A stretch of DNA of 64,000 nt, from the NCBI GenBank assembly GCA_963845565.1, contig CAWJSJ010000002.1, forward strand, positions 1,792,001-1,856,000, read 5' to 3'. Both the position numbers and the translations under genes were made by a program. Shown one piece after another: positions 31,774 to 42,020 of this stretch (the first letter of the stretch is position 1; the number at the start of each line of letters is the position of its first letter). The stretch is from an uncultured Methylomirabilota bacterium. GTDB lineage: Bacteria; Methylomirabilota; Methylomirabilia; Methylomirabilales; 2-02-FULL-66-22. The notes under the pieces were generated by a model. The model was not told the origin of the DNA and ran no database searches. It saw nothing but the letters and a program-made list of their open reading frames with translations.

Positions 31774-32443
31774 GACTCCCTCCCCTCGAAGCCCTGCTGA
31801 ACGTGGGAGGCGAATCCCACCTCGTGGCCCGTAACGGTCTCCAGTTCGCCACGCTCAACGGGGCGCAGCATGCGGCCCTCGCCGACACCGTGCAGCACCG
31901 CGCGGCCACGCCTCAACCCATCGTTGACAGTCGTCGGCGTTCGGCGTAGCTTCTAATCACCATCCCCGCATTCTCCGGTGTGCCGGTCGGGACGCCGACC
32001 ACTCGCGGCCCAACCGGTCACCGTTCCTGATAGAGAGCCCACGCCCTTCTTCGCCAGTTGTCTACCCCATACCAGGAGGCGTTATGGCGGCCTCCCGGCT
32101 CAGAACGGCACTGGCACTCTCCGTGACGCTCGCCGTCCGTCTCGACCTTATGCCAAACGGGAACAAGACCATGATCGTCAACCAGGGATTCCAGGAGTCC
32201 AAGCCGAAGTTCGAGACTGACCCAAGTGGAGTAGTTATCCGCTGGACCTTTTAGGCATCGGGGGTGGTGGAGACGTACGCACGTCCCTATGGGCCGGCCC
32301 GATCGCATATGCACAGTCTACGAGGCCAGCGCTGGAGGAGTGTACGGATCGGGAACCCGTTACGGCAGTGCGCGGAACGAGATGGAGCGTGCGCTCCGGT
32401 TTCTCAGCCAGGGCGTGAAGCGGGATAGGGGGAGGGTCGAGTG

Positions 32444-32522
32444 CCGGGACGATTCGAGCAACATGCAGTGGCTGCCCAAGGCGCAGCATCAGGACAAGAC
32501 GAAGCGGGATCTGCGGCCATAG
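32444..32522 (+). pseudogene. 3'-end remnant of an HNH-like gene
   Basis: RDDSSNMQWLPKAQHQDKTKRDLRP*. Confidence 0.55.
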
Positions 32523-32601
32523 GGGTGCGGGGTCTGCAAAGAAACGAGGTGCGGGGGGGGTAGGCACACAGGTCGCCACCGAACGGTCAGGAGGGCCTCA
32601 T

Positions 32602-33198
32602 ATGCGCAAGACCATCGAGACAGCGTTTCTGTATGCGCTTCTGGCCGTGCTCGCTGCATGTGCGGGAAGAGACTTCGTCCGCCCAAGCCCCGAGGCCTTT
32701 AAATTGGGCCAAACCACCTACGCGCAAGTCGTGCAGCAACTGGGCGAGCCCCAAACGACCGGCGAGGGGCTCGTGAACGGCAAGCCCGTAAAGGCCATTG
32801 CCTATCTGTACGTCCGTGCGGGGCGGGGCGTGTTGGACGACCACGTTAGTCCCGGACGGGCCTTGACGTGCTACTTCCACAATGACACGTTGGTCGGCCA
32901 AAAGTACCTCTCTTCGTTTCCCGCCGACAGCACGAATTTTGACGAGACAAAGATTAGTGCCATCGTAAAAGGCCGCACCACCCGCGCAGAAGTCATCCGA
33001 TTGTTGGGGACGCCGTCGGCCTCGTATATTCCCCCGATGGTGCCGGAAACCGCGGTGGAAGCGATTGGATATACGTACACCGTCACCCGCGACCGCTTGT
33101 TTCGTGGTCCTGCGTCTTCCACAAAACTCCTGCGCCTTACGTTCGATGACAAGGGCCAGGTCGTAGAGATTGACTACACGTCGTCCGGTAATAGGTAG
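32602..33198 (+). CDS. lipoprotein with two BamE/SmpA-like repeats
   Basis: lipobox LAAC; GQTTYAQVVQQLGEP and GRTTRAEVIRLLGTP; FDDKGQV. Confidence 0.8.
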   Translation: MRKTIETAFLYALLAVLAACAGRDFVRPSPEAFKLGQTTYAQVVQQLGEPQTTGEGLVNGKPVKAIAYLYVRAGRGVLDDHVSPGRALTCYFHNDTLVGQKYLSSFPADSTNFDETKISAIVKGRTTRAEVIRLLGTPSASYIPPMVPETAVEAIGYTYTVTRDRLFRGPASSTKLLRLTFDDKGQVVEIDYTSSGNR

Positions 33199-33212
33199 CC
33201 CTGTGGAGGCGC

Positions 33213-33524
33213 ATGATGCTTTCCCCCTTCGGCACCCTCCTCTCCCAAGACCTCCAAGATCGTGGCCGTCACATCCTCGACACCCTCCAGGGCCTGCCCG
33301 TGGAGCAGCAACTCGACCTGGCCTGCCGCACCATCCTGGCCGTCCTCCTCACGTTCCAGCCAGGCCCGTCAGCCACCAAGGCGAAGCGCGACACCTTCAA
33401 GCTGATCTGCGACGGGGTGCAGGTCTGGCTGAAGGATGAGATTGCGGAGATGCGGCGGACGCAGCCACTATCCAAGAAGACGACACCGACGACGAAGCCC
33501 CGACAGCGAGTGGGCCATGCGTAA
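33213..33524 (+). CDS. hypothetical protein
   Basis: GGAGG RBS; overlaps the next start. Confidence 0.5.
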   Translation: MMLSPFGTLLSQDLQDRGRHILDTLQGLPVEQQLDLACRTILAVLLTFQPGPSATKAKRDTFKLICDGVQVWLKDEIAEMRRTQPLSKKTTPTTKPRQRVGHA

Positions 33525-33684
33525 GACAGTGCGCGTGCTCACGGTGAGCCCCGACCACGAACCCCTGTGGGTCCGTCTCTCCGTCCAGCCGGTTGGAGGA
33601 CGGTGGGCCGCCACGCTCATCTGGGCCGGTCAGCGGCGCCTTCCCCTGGTGCACTGGGGGACCTTTGGAGAAGGGGTGTCCTAG
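33517..33684 (+). pseudogene. small hypothetical gene, probably truncated
   Basis: MRKTVRVLTVSPDHEPLWVRLSVQPVGGRWAATL. Confidence 0.35.
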
Positions 33685-33987
33685 AACAACGTCGGCCAAC
33701 ACTCATTGTCACGGTGGGGGATGGCGTCACGGGCGACCAGAAGGCGGGAGATGCATTTATCGGGCATCGGCGATACGCGACGCCCCGAACTCTGCTGATG
33801 GGGCGTGCCCGCCAACTTCTCTCATCTAACATTCGACCTGTCGAGACGCCAAGACGGATGCGTAAACCCAGGTGCCTACGCCACGCTGCACTTGTACGGC
33901 TAAGTTCTTGAAAACTGGGCCACCCGACTCTGGCCTGCTGGCTGCATCACCGGAGAGACAGCCGGATAGGCGGAAAAGGAGGCTCTC

Positions 33988-34239
33988 ATGCGAACCATCG
34001 TGATGTTGCTGATCGCGGCTCTCGTCCTGACCCCGACCCTGGCCCATGCCACAGGAGGGTCCGGGGGCGGGTACGGGCTCCTGGGCGTCGTGGCCCTCCC
34101 GGTGCTGGTGATCCTGCTCCTGGTCGAGCTCGAAAAGAAATACCCGAACTGGAGGGGCGCAGAGACACCGCCTCCGCTGCCGAGTCTGCCGTCCGAATCG
34201 CAGCCCTCGACCGCCCCGGCCCCGGCGAGTGGCCGTTAA
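33988..34239 (+). CDS. small exported/membrane protein
   Basis: AGGAGG RBS, signal peptide plus TM segment; stop TAA is the start of element copy 3. Confidence 0.65.
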   Translation: MRTIVMLLIAALVLTPTLAHATGGSGGGYGLLGVVALPVLVILLLVELEKKYPNWRGAETPPPLPSLPSESQPSTAPAPASGR

Positions 34240-34313
34240 GCCGTTGTCAAAGAATCAAGTTGGAGCGGAGACATTCCGAAACGGCATAAGGAGCCGTAAC
34301 GAAATAGAAAGAG
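34237..34313 (+). mobile_element. ~105-bp element, copy 3 (right arm missing)
   Basis: TAAGCCGTTGTCAAAGAAT...AACGGCATAAGGAGCCGTAACGAAATAGAAAGAG. Confidence 0.75.
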
Positions 34314-34324
34314 TGGAGGGGGCG

Positions 34325-34708
34325 ATGCTCACGAAGCGCCTGACCGCCTTGGCGATCGGCCTGCTGGTCACCAACTGTGCGCCAATGCCTGGGGGCGAAA
34401 CGGCCAGCGCGATCGTGCGCCCGGCGGTCACGGCCGGGGTCGCGCACACCTTTGCGGTCCTATCGGATGGCACGGCCACATGTTGGGGGCTCGGGTTCGG
34501 CACCCCAAAGGCTTGGAATTCCCCGGCGCCGCTCCCCTTCAAGGGAGTGTCGAAAGCCACGGCTGTCACCACCGGGCGGAATCACTCGTGCGCCCTGCTG
34601 AGCGACGGTACGGTGGTCTGCTGGGGATCGAACATTTTCGGCATGCTTGGGAACCAGAGTTTCAGCGGCACAGCCTCCTACGTCCCGGTGGAGGTCGTCG
34701 GGCTCTAG
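34325..34708 (+). CDS. short lipoprotein with RCC1-like repeats
   Basis: VTAGVAHTFAVLSDGTATCWG; GRNHSCALLSDGTVVCWGSN.FGMLG. Confidence 0.8.
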   Translation: MLTKRLTALAIGLLVTNCAPMPGGETASAIVRPAVTAGVAHTFAVLSDGTATCWGLGFGTPKAWNSPAPLPFKGVSKATAVTTGRNHSCALLSDGTVVCWGSNIFGMLGNQSFSGTASYVPVEVVGL

Positions 34709-34794
34709 CTCCGCGCCGCACTGGGCGCTCCGGCGGACCGGCCAAACGCGGCGCCTTGAAGGACTACGTTGCGAGCACTTGGAAATGCCGTGGG

Positions 34795-34890
34795 CCCCCG
34801 AGCAAGGGCGGGCGGGATGAGCCGAGCAACAGGCAGGGGTTGTCGCGGGAACAGCATCGGGACAAGACGAAGCGGGACCTTCGGCCATCG
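34795..34890 (+). pseudogene. second HNH-like 3' remnant
   Basis: SKGGRDEPSNRQGLSREQHRDKTKRDLRP; stop TAG changed to TCG. Confidence 0.55.
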
Positions 34891-35028
34891 GGGCATGGAG
34901 GCCGTAAAGGGGAAGGGCGTTGTGGCAGGGCCTTCGCTGGTCACGCGCCGGAAATAGACGCGCCGTTTGGGAAACAGGATGCGCGACACCGTGTATGCGC
35001 AGTGCGGCACGGCACAAAGGAGATCGCC

Positions 35029-35824
35029 ATGGCACACGCGGCGCCTCGGACTGATCACCCTCATGTTGCTGGTGTGCGCGGGACTCCCGGCCTGTGGCAC
35101 GACTGGAAAGACATCAACCTTTGTCCTCACGTTGGACCTGCCCAAGGGGCAGACGGCCGGCGCCGACATTCGTATCGCATCCGCAGCCGTGGATGCAAAC
35201 GTGGCCCAGTTCAAAGCGGTGAACGTCCGACCGTGGGGCAAGTTCGGGACCGATGACTTGAGGAATCTCGAACAGTCTCTGCGCGGCACGATAACGGCAC
35301 AGCGTCCAGCAACATTCCGCCCCACCGAATCCCGGTTGGATATTCACTTCGTGATTCGACGCTATTTTGTCAGCGTGAGCAATACGGGCGGCGCGGTGCT
35401 GGTGTGCGTGGTCTGGGCCGCAACCGAGTCGCAAGGGAAACTGGTTTACCAAGAGCAATTCTATGCATCCGAGGCAGTGTACTTTATCGGCACCATCGGA
35501 CTGCTGAAGGACTCCGTCCACAAAGCCATTATTCGCAGAATCGCGACAACTTCACTGGCTTTAGCCTCCGACCCGGCGGCTGCGAGCACGCGGCCGACAA
35601 CATTCGAAAATACCTCCACCTCTTTTGAGGAGGCCGCCGCACGCCTTCCGAAGACCATGGTGTCGATGGGCGATCCTTGGTTGATGGCATCTCCCTTTCC
35701 CGTGGTAACGGCGCTTGGTGCACTGATTCCCTCAGAAATCGCGACCGTGCAGTGGGGTGTGGCGAATCCGTCGGACAATTTCGACTGGCAGGGATATCTG
35801 GAAAAGCTGTACCCGCGCCGATGA
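35029..35824 (+). CDS. lipoprotein (ATG after the AGGAG RBS is out of frame by 1 nt)
   Basis: lipobox LPAC; long ORF with lower GC. Confidence 0.65.
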
Positions 35825-35898
35825 CCTAAGAAAACGGCTGGGTCTCGCATTCCGCATTCCGACACGGAGGCGGCATCATGACTCTTGTGTTGCAGGGC

Positions 35899-36498
35899 AT
35901 GAGTAAGCATGTGAGGACGGCATGCGCTTGGGGAGCGATCGGCCTGGCCCTTCTCGCGACGGGGTGTACCTACCATGTGGCCCTTGAGACCCCGGAGACG
36001 TACCCGCATCCCTACCGCCTGCCGATGGATGTGGGACTCGTCATGAGCGAGACGGTGCGGAGACAGACCTACGAGTTCCGGGGTCAGGACGCCACGTATG
36101 TCGTCCCGGTCGGGGCCATGACCTGGGCGTACGCGAAGGCGTACCTGTCGGAAGCCTTCCGCAGTTTTCGGGTGCTGCCGTCCGCAGAGGTTGCCCCGCC
36201 GGGCAGTTGGCTCATCCGGATCGACGACGCTATCGGCTATTCGATCGGGTCGGGGTGTTGCGGTGAACTCCACAGCTCGCTCGTGGCTTCCGTGATCGCC
36301 CCGTCCGGCAAAGAGGCGCTGCGCAACGAATACGGGACAGGCGCTCCCACAAGTTTTATCCGCCTCAAAGCCCCCATCATATTCACCTCCTACCCGGTAA
36401 GCTCGGCGATCCGTGCCAGTACCCACGTGGCATTCGCGACCATGTTCCAGAGCCTGGTGGACGACATCCGCGCGAAGTGTCAGGGATGGACGGAGTAG
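35899..36498 (+). CDS. lipoprotein
   Basis: lipobox ATGC. Confidence 0.65.
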   Translation: MSKHVRTACAWGAIGLALLATGCTYHVALETPETYPHPYRLPMDVGLVMSETVRRQTYEFRGQDATYVVPVGAMTWAYAKAYLSEAFRSFRVLPSAEVAPPGSWLIRIDDAIGYSIGSGCCGELHSSLVASVIAPSGKEALRNEYGTGAPTSFIRLKAPIIFTSYPVSSAIRASTHVAFATMFQSLVDDIRAKCQGWTE

Positions 36499-36725
36499 GC
36501 CGGAGTACCCGCTGGGAGTAACGGTTCTGCAACCTCTACGGGAAGGAAAGGCACCTGCGAAACGGACGCGGCCCCGGAGAGAGCGTGGACGGGGCAAGAC
36601 CCGATCCCGTCGGTCGCGCCAGCGCCATGCGAAGACCGACATTGGCCACGTCTCACCGTGGGCCACGCCTGCCGGACGAGGCTCGTGTGTGCGAGCGGCA
36701 CTCGGCTGTCGGGTCCGTCCTCCGG

Positions 36726-37634
36726 TCAGTCGACGGGTGGTCCGGCCGGGTCCACGCCAAACAGCTCGTCGACGATCCGCGCGGCGAAGGGCGGCGCCAT
36801 GCGGCCGAACTCGTCGCGGAGGGGCTGCCAATCCTCCGCCGCCCAGGTGGCGAGGGCCCCGGCGCCACCCTGCTCCTCCCATTCGCGTGCGTAGAGCTCC
36901 GCACTATCCGTGACGCGGACGAGGCGCGTCCGCACGATCATGAACGCCCGAAACCACGCACCGCCCGTCTCGTCGTCACGCAACCCCCCGCCTACGAGGC
37001 TGACCTCCAGCACGGTGTCCACCGCGTCCGGCGGCGCGGAAGACGCCACCGCGGGGCCCTCAACGCGAGCCTGCGGCCACTCTGCCAGCCAGATCGCCCG
37101 ATGCGCCGTCCGGGACTGGACCGCGCGGAACACTTCCCGCACGAAGGGGTCCGTCAGCGGCTGGTCGCCCAGGACCTGGCGCAGGTGTTCCCTTGTCTGC
37201 TTTTCTGCGGCGGACGCGCCCAGGACCGCCCCGGCGATGCCACCGGTGATGATGCCCGCAGGCACGAGGACGATCCACGACGGCGGGAATGACACGCCTG
37301 CCCCAAGTCCATAGAGGGCACCCATCCCGGCCCCGACGCCCGCGCCCGCCGCCGCACGCGTACCCTTTCCCGGCGACTCTCGTCCCGGCGGCGCTGGGAT
37401 GCTGAGTCTGGTGCCCAGCTCGCCCCCCACGACGCCGATGGTCCCCAGGGTCGCCCGCACCGCCGCAGACGGGGGCGGAGGCGGCGGCGACGCGCAGCCC
37501 GTGTGGACGACCAGGGTGACCGCGAGTAGGAATCGGGGCAAGGGGACGTGCCGATGCTGCGAGGGACAACTCCGACCGGAGCTCGGGCGTGCGTGCATCA
37601 CACCGTGCGACTCGGAGAGGAGTGACACCGCCAT
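36726..37634 (-). CDS. lipoprotein, paralogue of 30358-31401 (start uncertain)
   Basis: TGC lipobox; ATLGTIGVV, VDTVLEV, RTRLVRVTD..ELY, WAAED. Confidence 0.65.
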   Translation of the reverse strand: MAVSLLSESHGVMHARPSSGRSCPSQHRHVPLPRFLLAVTLVVHTGCASPPPPPPSAAVRATLGTIGVVGGELGTRLSIPAPPGRESPGKGTRAAAGAGVGAGMGALYGLGAGVSFPPSWIVLVPAGIITGGIAGAVLGASAAEKQTREHLRQVLGDQPLTDPFVREVFRAVQSRTAHRAIWLAEWPQARVEGPAVASSAPPDAVDTVLEVSLVGGGLRDDETGGAWFRAFMIVRTRLVRVTDSAELYAREWEEQGGAGALATWAAEDWQPLRDEFGRMAPPFAARIVDELFGVDPAGPPVD

Positions 37635-37940
37635 GGGCGCTCCAGAGGTGGGAGGCCACACCGCAACCCAACATAGCAGGACCCGAAGGGGAAACAAAGC
37701 GAAAAGGCAGACTGGGCGGCCAGTACGCGGGCGATCTAGGCATCGGCCGCAGATCGAGTAGAAAGAGCCGGTTTCTTCTTGACACCGCACGACCCCCTAC
37801 GGCATCCTCGACCGACGAAGCGTTGGTATCTTGCGTGGGCGGAGAGGTTTCCGTGCGGCCTTCCTCTGGGTGAGCCTCCGCTTTCAATCTCGTGGGTTGT
37901 CTTTCCATTGGGCATTCCATACCGGAAGGGAGAAGAGGCG

Positions 37941-39191
37941 ATGATGCTCTCGAAGTACAGCATGGGTATCGGGGACCGCTTTGCCCGCCAGGGGCAGGCG
38001 CAGCTTCGGGCGCTGATCGAGGCCAAGGCGCTCGGTGTGGACATCGTGCCGGTCTGGAACAAGTCGAACCGGGAGCACCTGATCGTCCACACGCACCCGG
38101 ACAGCGTCCGGGCCGAGGCGGACGCTGCCGTGAAGGCGCTGGGCTGGAAGGGGCCGTACCACGTGGATGCCGACCACATCGGCCTGAAGACCGTGGACAA
38201 CTTCGTCAAGGGCAGCGACTTCTTCACCCTGGACGTGGCGGACTTCACGGGCCAGCCGGCGCCGGAGGCCGAGGTCCAGGCGTTCGTGGCCCGCTACGGA
38301 AAGTATGCCCCCACGCTGAGGATCCCCGGGATCGATCGGGCGCTGAGCATCTCGACCCAGGACATCGCCGACATCGCGCGGAAGTACCTGCTGGCGGTCA
38401 AGGAGGCCGGCGCCATCTACCGGCACGTCGAGGCGGCCAAGGGAAAGGATACGTTCATCACCGAGGTCTCGATCGACGAGACGGACAAGCCGCAGACCCC
38501 GGTGGAGCTTTTCTTCATCCTGGCGGCCGTGGCGGATCAGAAGATCCCGGCCCAGACGATCGCGCCGAAGTTCACCGGCCGGTTCAACAAGGGGGTGGAT
38601 TACGTCGGCGACGTGGTCCAGTTCGAGAAGGAGTTCAACGAGGACCTGTGCGTGATCGCCTTCGCCATCAAGGAATTCGGCCTGCCGGCGAACCTCAAGC
38701 TCAGCGTCCATTCCGGCAGCGACAAGTTCTCGATCTACGGGCCGATCAACCGCGCCATCCGGAAGCACAACGCCGGGTTGCACCTCAAGACGGCCGGGAC
38801 GACGTGGCTGGAGGAGGTCGCGGGACTCGCGCTGTCGGGCGGGGATGCGCTGAAGATGGCGCAGGAGATCTACGAGAAGGCCTACGGGCGAGCGGACGAG
38901 CTCTGCAAACCCTACGCCGCGGTGATCGACATCGACCGCGCCAAGCTGCCGGATCCGAAGACCGTGCGCGGCTGGTCCGGTGCCCAGCTTGCGGCGGCGT
39001 TGCGGCACGACCAGAAGAACCCGGCGTACAACGTCAGTCTCCGCCAACTGGTGCACGTCGGATTCAAGGTCGCGGCCGAGATGGGGGACACGTATTACCA
39101 GGCGCTGGAGAAGTACGCCGACACGATCGGCCGGCTGGTGACGGAGAACCTGCTGGAGAAGCACGTCAAGCGCGTGTTCCTTCCGGTCTAG
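37941..39191 (+). CDS. uxaE: tagaturonate/fructuronate epimerase
   Basis: SMGIGDRF, DADHI, EVSIDET, APKFTGRFNKGVDY, KLSVHSGSDKF, HLKTAGTTWLE. Confidence 0.9.
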   Translation: MMLSKYSMGIGDRFARQGQAQLRALIEAKALGVDIVPVWNKSNREHLIVHTHPDSVRAEADAAVKALGWKGPYHVDADHIGLKTVDNFVKGSDFFTLDVADFTGQPAPEAEVQAFVARYGKYAPTLRIPGIDRALSISTQDIADIARKYLLAVKEAGAIYRHVEAAKGKDTFITEVSIDETDKPQTPVELFFILAAVADQKIPAQTIAPKFTGRFNKGVDYVGDVVQFEKEFNEDLCVIAFAIKEFGLPANLKLSVHSGSDKFSIYGPINRAIRKHNAGLHLKTAGTTWLEEVAGLALSGGDALKMAQEIYEKAYGRADELCKPYAAVIDIDRAKLPDPKTVRGWSGAQLAAALRHDQKNPAYNVSLRQLVHVGFKVAAEMGDTYYQALEKYADTIGRLVTENLLEKHVKRVFLPV

Positions 39192-39234
39192 CCCGCATTG
39201 TTCGCGAGCACACCTCGCGAACAATGCGGGCTTA
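39188..39234. repeat. palindromic mini-element / terminator after uxaE
   Basis: AGCCCGCATTGTTCGCGAG-cacac-CTCGCGAACAATGCGGGCT perfect stem. Confidence 0.7.
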
Positions 39235-39301
39235 GTAGGAACCCTTGGGGGCGGCGGTCCGGAATGGATCCGGCGTCGTCGGTGCACGGTGACACCGCAG
39301 G

Positions 39302-39346
39302 TAAGCCCGGATTCTTCACGAATCCTTCGTGAAGAATCCGGGCTAG
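39302..39346. repeat. related palindromic mini-element
   Basis: AGCCCGGATTCTTCACGAA-tcc-TTCGTGAAGAATCCGGGCT. Confidence 0.7.
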
Positions 39347-39511
39347 CGGGTTGACGCGCACCCTGGGTGTTTTTCGCGATGTCCCCCGGAGGTGTTCCGG
39401 GGGACATCGGTGTCTCACGGGGGTGCGGTGTCACGGGTTGGTTCGCGGTCCGGCTTCGGGTGAAACGAGACGAGGCCGGCGGCAAGGGACATGGGGAGTT
39501 GACGGCCGCCG

Positions 39512-40396
39512 ATGACTGAACTGACTCTGGGCATCCTGGCGGGACTGGGCTGCGGCCTGAACTGGGCCGTGACCAGCCTGCTGGTGCGCACGCTGCTCGG
39601 GCGGCTGACTCCCGTGGGGATCGGCGCGCTGCGCGCCACGGGTGGCGGCGGACTCCTCGTCGGCTTGGCGCTGGTGGCGGGGGAGGGGCCGGCCATGCTT
39701 CACGCGCCGCTCTGGGTCGTCCTCTCGCTTGCCACCGCCATCCTGCTGGCCATGGGGGTCGGGGACACGCTTTTCTTCCGCAGCATGGACAGCCTGGGAG
39801 TGACCCGGGCGCTCACGCTCAGCCTGCTCAATCCCTTGCTCACGACCCTCACGGGAATCGTGCTGTACCAGGAACCGTTGACGCTACTGCGGCTGGCGGG
39901 GATCGGGTTGGTGATCGGCGGGCTGATGCTGATTGTCTCCGGGAAAGAGGAGGTGGGCGCCGCGACCGGCCGCATGCGCCGGCAGGGACTCCGACTCGTC
40001 TTCATCGCGTCGGGCTGCTGGGCCCTGGCCGCCACCATCGTGAAGCCTGCGCTTCGCGAGGTGCCGGTGCTGGCGGGGACCGCACTCCGGATTCCCATCG
40101 CCGCCCTGGTCCTGTGGTCGACCCCCTGGACGCGCGGAACGCTCGCCGCCGTCCGCGAGAGCACCCCGGCGGAGCGGTGGCGGCTCGTCACGCTCTGCTG
40201 CCTGAACGCGCTGGGCTCGATCTTCTTCACGGTCGCGATCCGTTCGGGCGGCGTGGCCATCGGCAATGCCCTGGCGTCCACCTCTCCGCTCTTCGCGATC
40301 CCGCTGGAGATCCTGGTCCTGAAAAAGCGCCCCTCGTCGCGCACCATCGCCGGGGCGATACTGACGGTCGCGGGGATTGCCTGTTTGGGGTTCTGA
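39512..40396 (+). CDS. DMT/EamA family transporter
   Basis: ~10 TM segments, two EamA halves. Confidence 0.88.
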   Translation: MTELTLGILAGLGCGLNWAVTSLLVRTLLGRLTPVGIGALRATGGGGLLVGLALVAGEGPAMLHAPLWVVLSLATAILLAMGVGDTLFFRSMDSLGVTRALTLSLLNPLLTTLTGIVLYQEPLTLLRLAGIGLVIGGLMLIVSGKEEVGAATGRMRRQGLRLVFIASGCWALAATIVKPALREVPVLAGTALRIPIAALVLWSTPWTRGTLAAVRESTPAERWRLVTLCCLNALGSIFFTVAIRSGGVAIGNALASTSPLFAIPLEILVLKKRPSSRTIAGAILTVAGIACLGF

Positions 40397-40615
40397 CCCC
40401 GTCGAAACCGGCCAAAGCGGCCATTCACATTTCATACTGAGCCCAACCGTTGCAGTTGAGGTTCTCGAGTGGTCAGATCCTTCTTCGCGGTCATCTCCCC
40501 GGTGCTGGGCGAGTGGGACTATTCGTTTCGGTAGAGTTCTCATCAACCCTGGGAGCTTGAACCCCTTGTGCTTCTTGTGCGTTTTGTGGTGAATGGTTTC
40601 GGCTGAGGCAGACAG

Positions 40616-41845
40616 ATGACGGACTACGCGCGCGTCGCCCGGAAGATCACGTGGGTCTTGTTCCTCTCCCAGGGCCTCAGCTCTGCCGGGTTCATCGCCG
40701 CCTTCACGGTCAACGCCCTCGTCGCCGTGGACCTGACGGGGCAGACGGCCATGGCCGGTGTGCCCGGCGCCCTCTACGTGCTGGGGCAGGCGTGCGGCGC
40801 CGTCGTCTGGGGTTTCAGCATGGAGCGGATCGGCCGTCGGCGGGCCCTTGCCCTCGGCCAGGTCATCGGGGTCATCGGATCGGCGATCGCCATGGCCGCG
40901 GTGGTCGACCGGTCCTTTTTCTTCCTTCTGGTCGGTCTCCTGCTGGTGGGGATCGCCAGGTCGGCGGTTGACCTGGGTCGCTTTGCCGCGGCGGAGGTCC
41001 ACCTACCGGCAGACCGCGGGCGGGCCATCGCCAACGTGGTGCTGGGGAGCACGGTGGGCGCCGTCTTCGGTCCGCTGCTGGTGGGCCCCACGGGGCAATT
41101 GGCGGCGGCGGCCGGATTCGCGGAGCTGGCGGGACCGTACGGCGTGGGGTGCGTCGTGCTGGCCGTGGCGGCCGTGCTCATCTTTGCGGGCCTCCGGCCC
41201 GATCCGCGCGACATCGGGCGGGAGCTCGCCCGGATCCACCCGGAATCGGTTCCCGGCCAGGCGACCCGTTCCCTGGCGGAGATCATGCGGCAGCCCGGGG
41301 TGGTCGTCGCCGTGGTCAGCGTCGTCTTCGCCCAGTTGGTGATGATGGTGCCCATGTCGATCACCTCGGTGCACATGAAGGCCCACCAGCATCCACTGAC
41401 CGCCGTGTCGCTGGTGATCTCTGCCCACACCCTCGGGATGTTTGCCTTCTCCATCATCTCCGGGAGGCTGACCGACCGGTGGGGAAGAGGCCCCGTGATC
41501 ATTCTCGGATCGGCCGTGATGATTCTTTCCTGCCTGCTGGGGGCGCCTTCGACAAATCTCCTGCCGCTGGTGATTGCGCTGTTCCTCCTGGGTCTAGGCT
41601 GGAACTTCGCCTACGTGGCCGGCTCCACCCTGCTGGCCGATCAGCTCTCCCCTCCGGAGCGAGCCAAGACCCAGGGGTGCAACGACCTGCTCCTGAACCT
41701 GGCCTCGGCCGCCAGCCAGATCGGGAGCGGGGTGGTCTATGCGAGTGGCGGCTTCGGGGTCATGGGCCTAGCCGCGGCGGCAGCCGCCGTGGTGCCGCTG
41801 GCCCTGGCCATATGGTGGCAGATCGCGGGAAGTCATAAAGGATAG
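40616..41845 (+). CDS. MFS transporter
   Basis: MERIGRR, RFAAAE, DRWGRGP, GLGWNF. Confidence 0.9.
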   Translation: MTDYARVARKITWVLFLSQGLSSAGFIAAFTVNALVAVDLTGQTAMAGVPGALYVLGQACGAVVWGFSMERIGRRRALALGQVIGVIGSAIAMAAVVDRSFFFLLVGLLLVGIARSAVDLGRFAAAEVHLPADRGRAIANVVLGSTVGAVFGPLLVGPTGQLAAAAGFAELAGPYGVGCVVLAVAAVLIFAGLRPDPRDIGRELARIHPESVPGQATRSLAEIMRQPGVVVAVVSVVFAQLVMMVPMSITSVHMKAHQHPLTAVSLVISAHTLGMFAFSIISGRLTDRWGRGPVIILGSAVMILSCLLGAPSTNLLPLVIALFLLGLGWNFAYVAGSTLLADQLSPPERAKTQGCNDLLLNLASAASQIGSGVVYASGGFGVMGLAAAAAAVVPLALAIWWQIAGSHKG

Positions 41846-42020
41846 GGGTCAAGGTGGACTTTCAGATCGAGCTCGTGAGGGTGCGGGAGACCTGGCCGAG
41901 CGAGGTGCGATGCCCAAGGAATGCCTTGTCCCCAACCATGCACTACGAGCTGCAAAATACCCCGCGATCCTTTTCGGTCTTCGACGAGATCCCACCAGCC
42001 TCAATGGTTCCTCGGTACGA

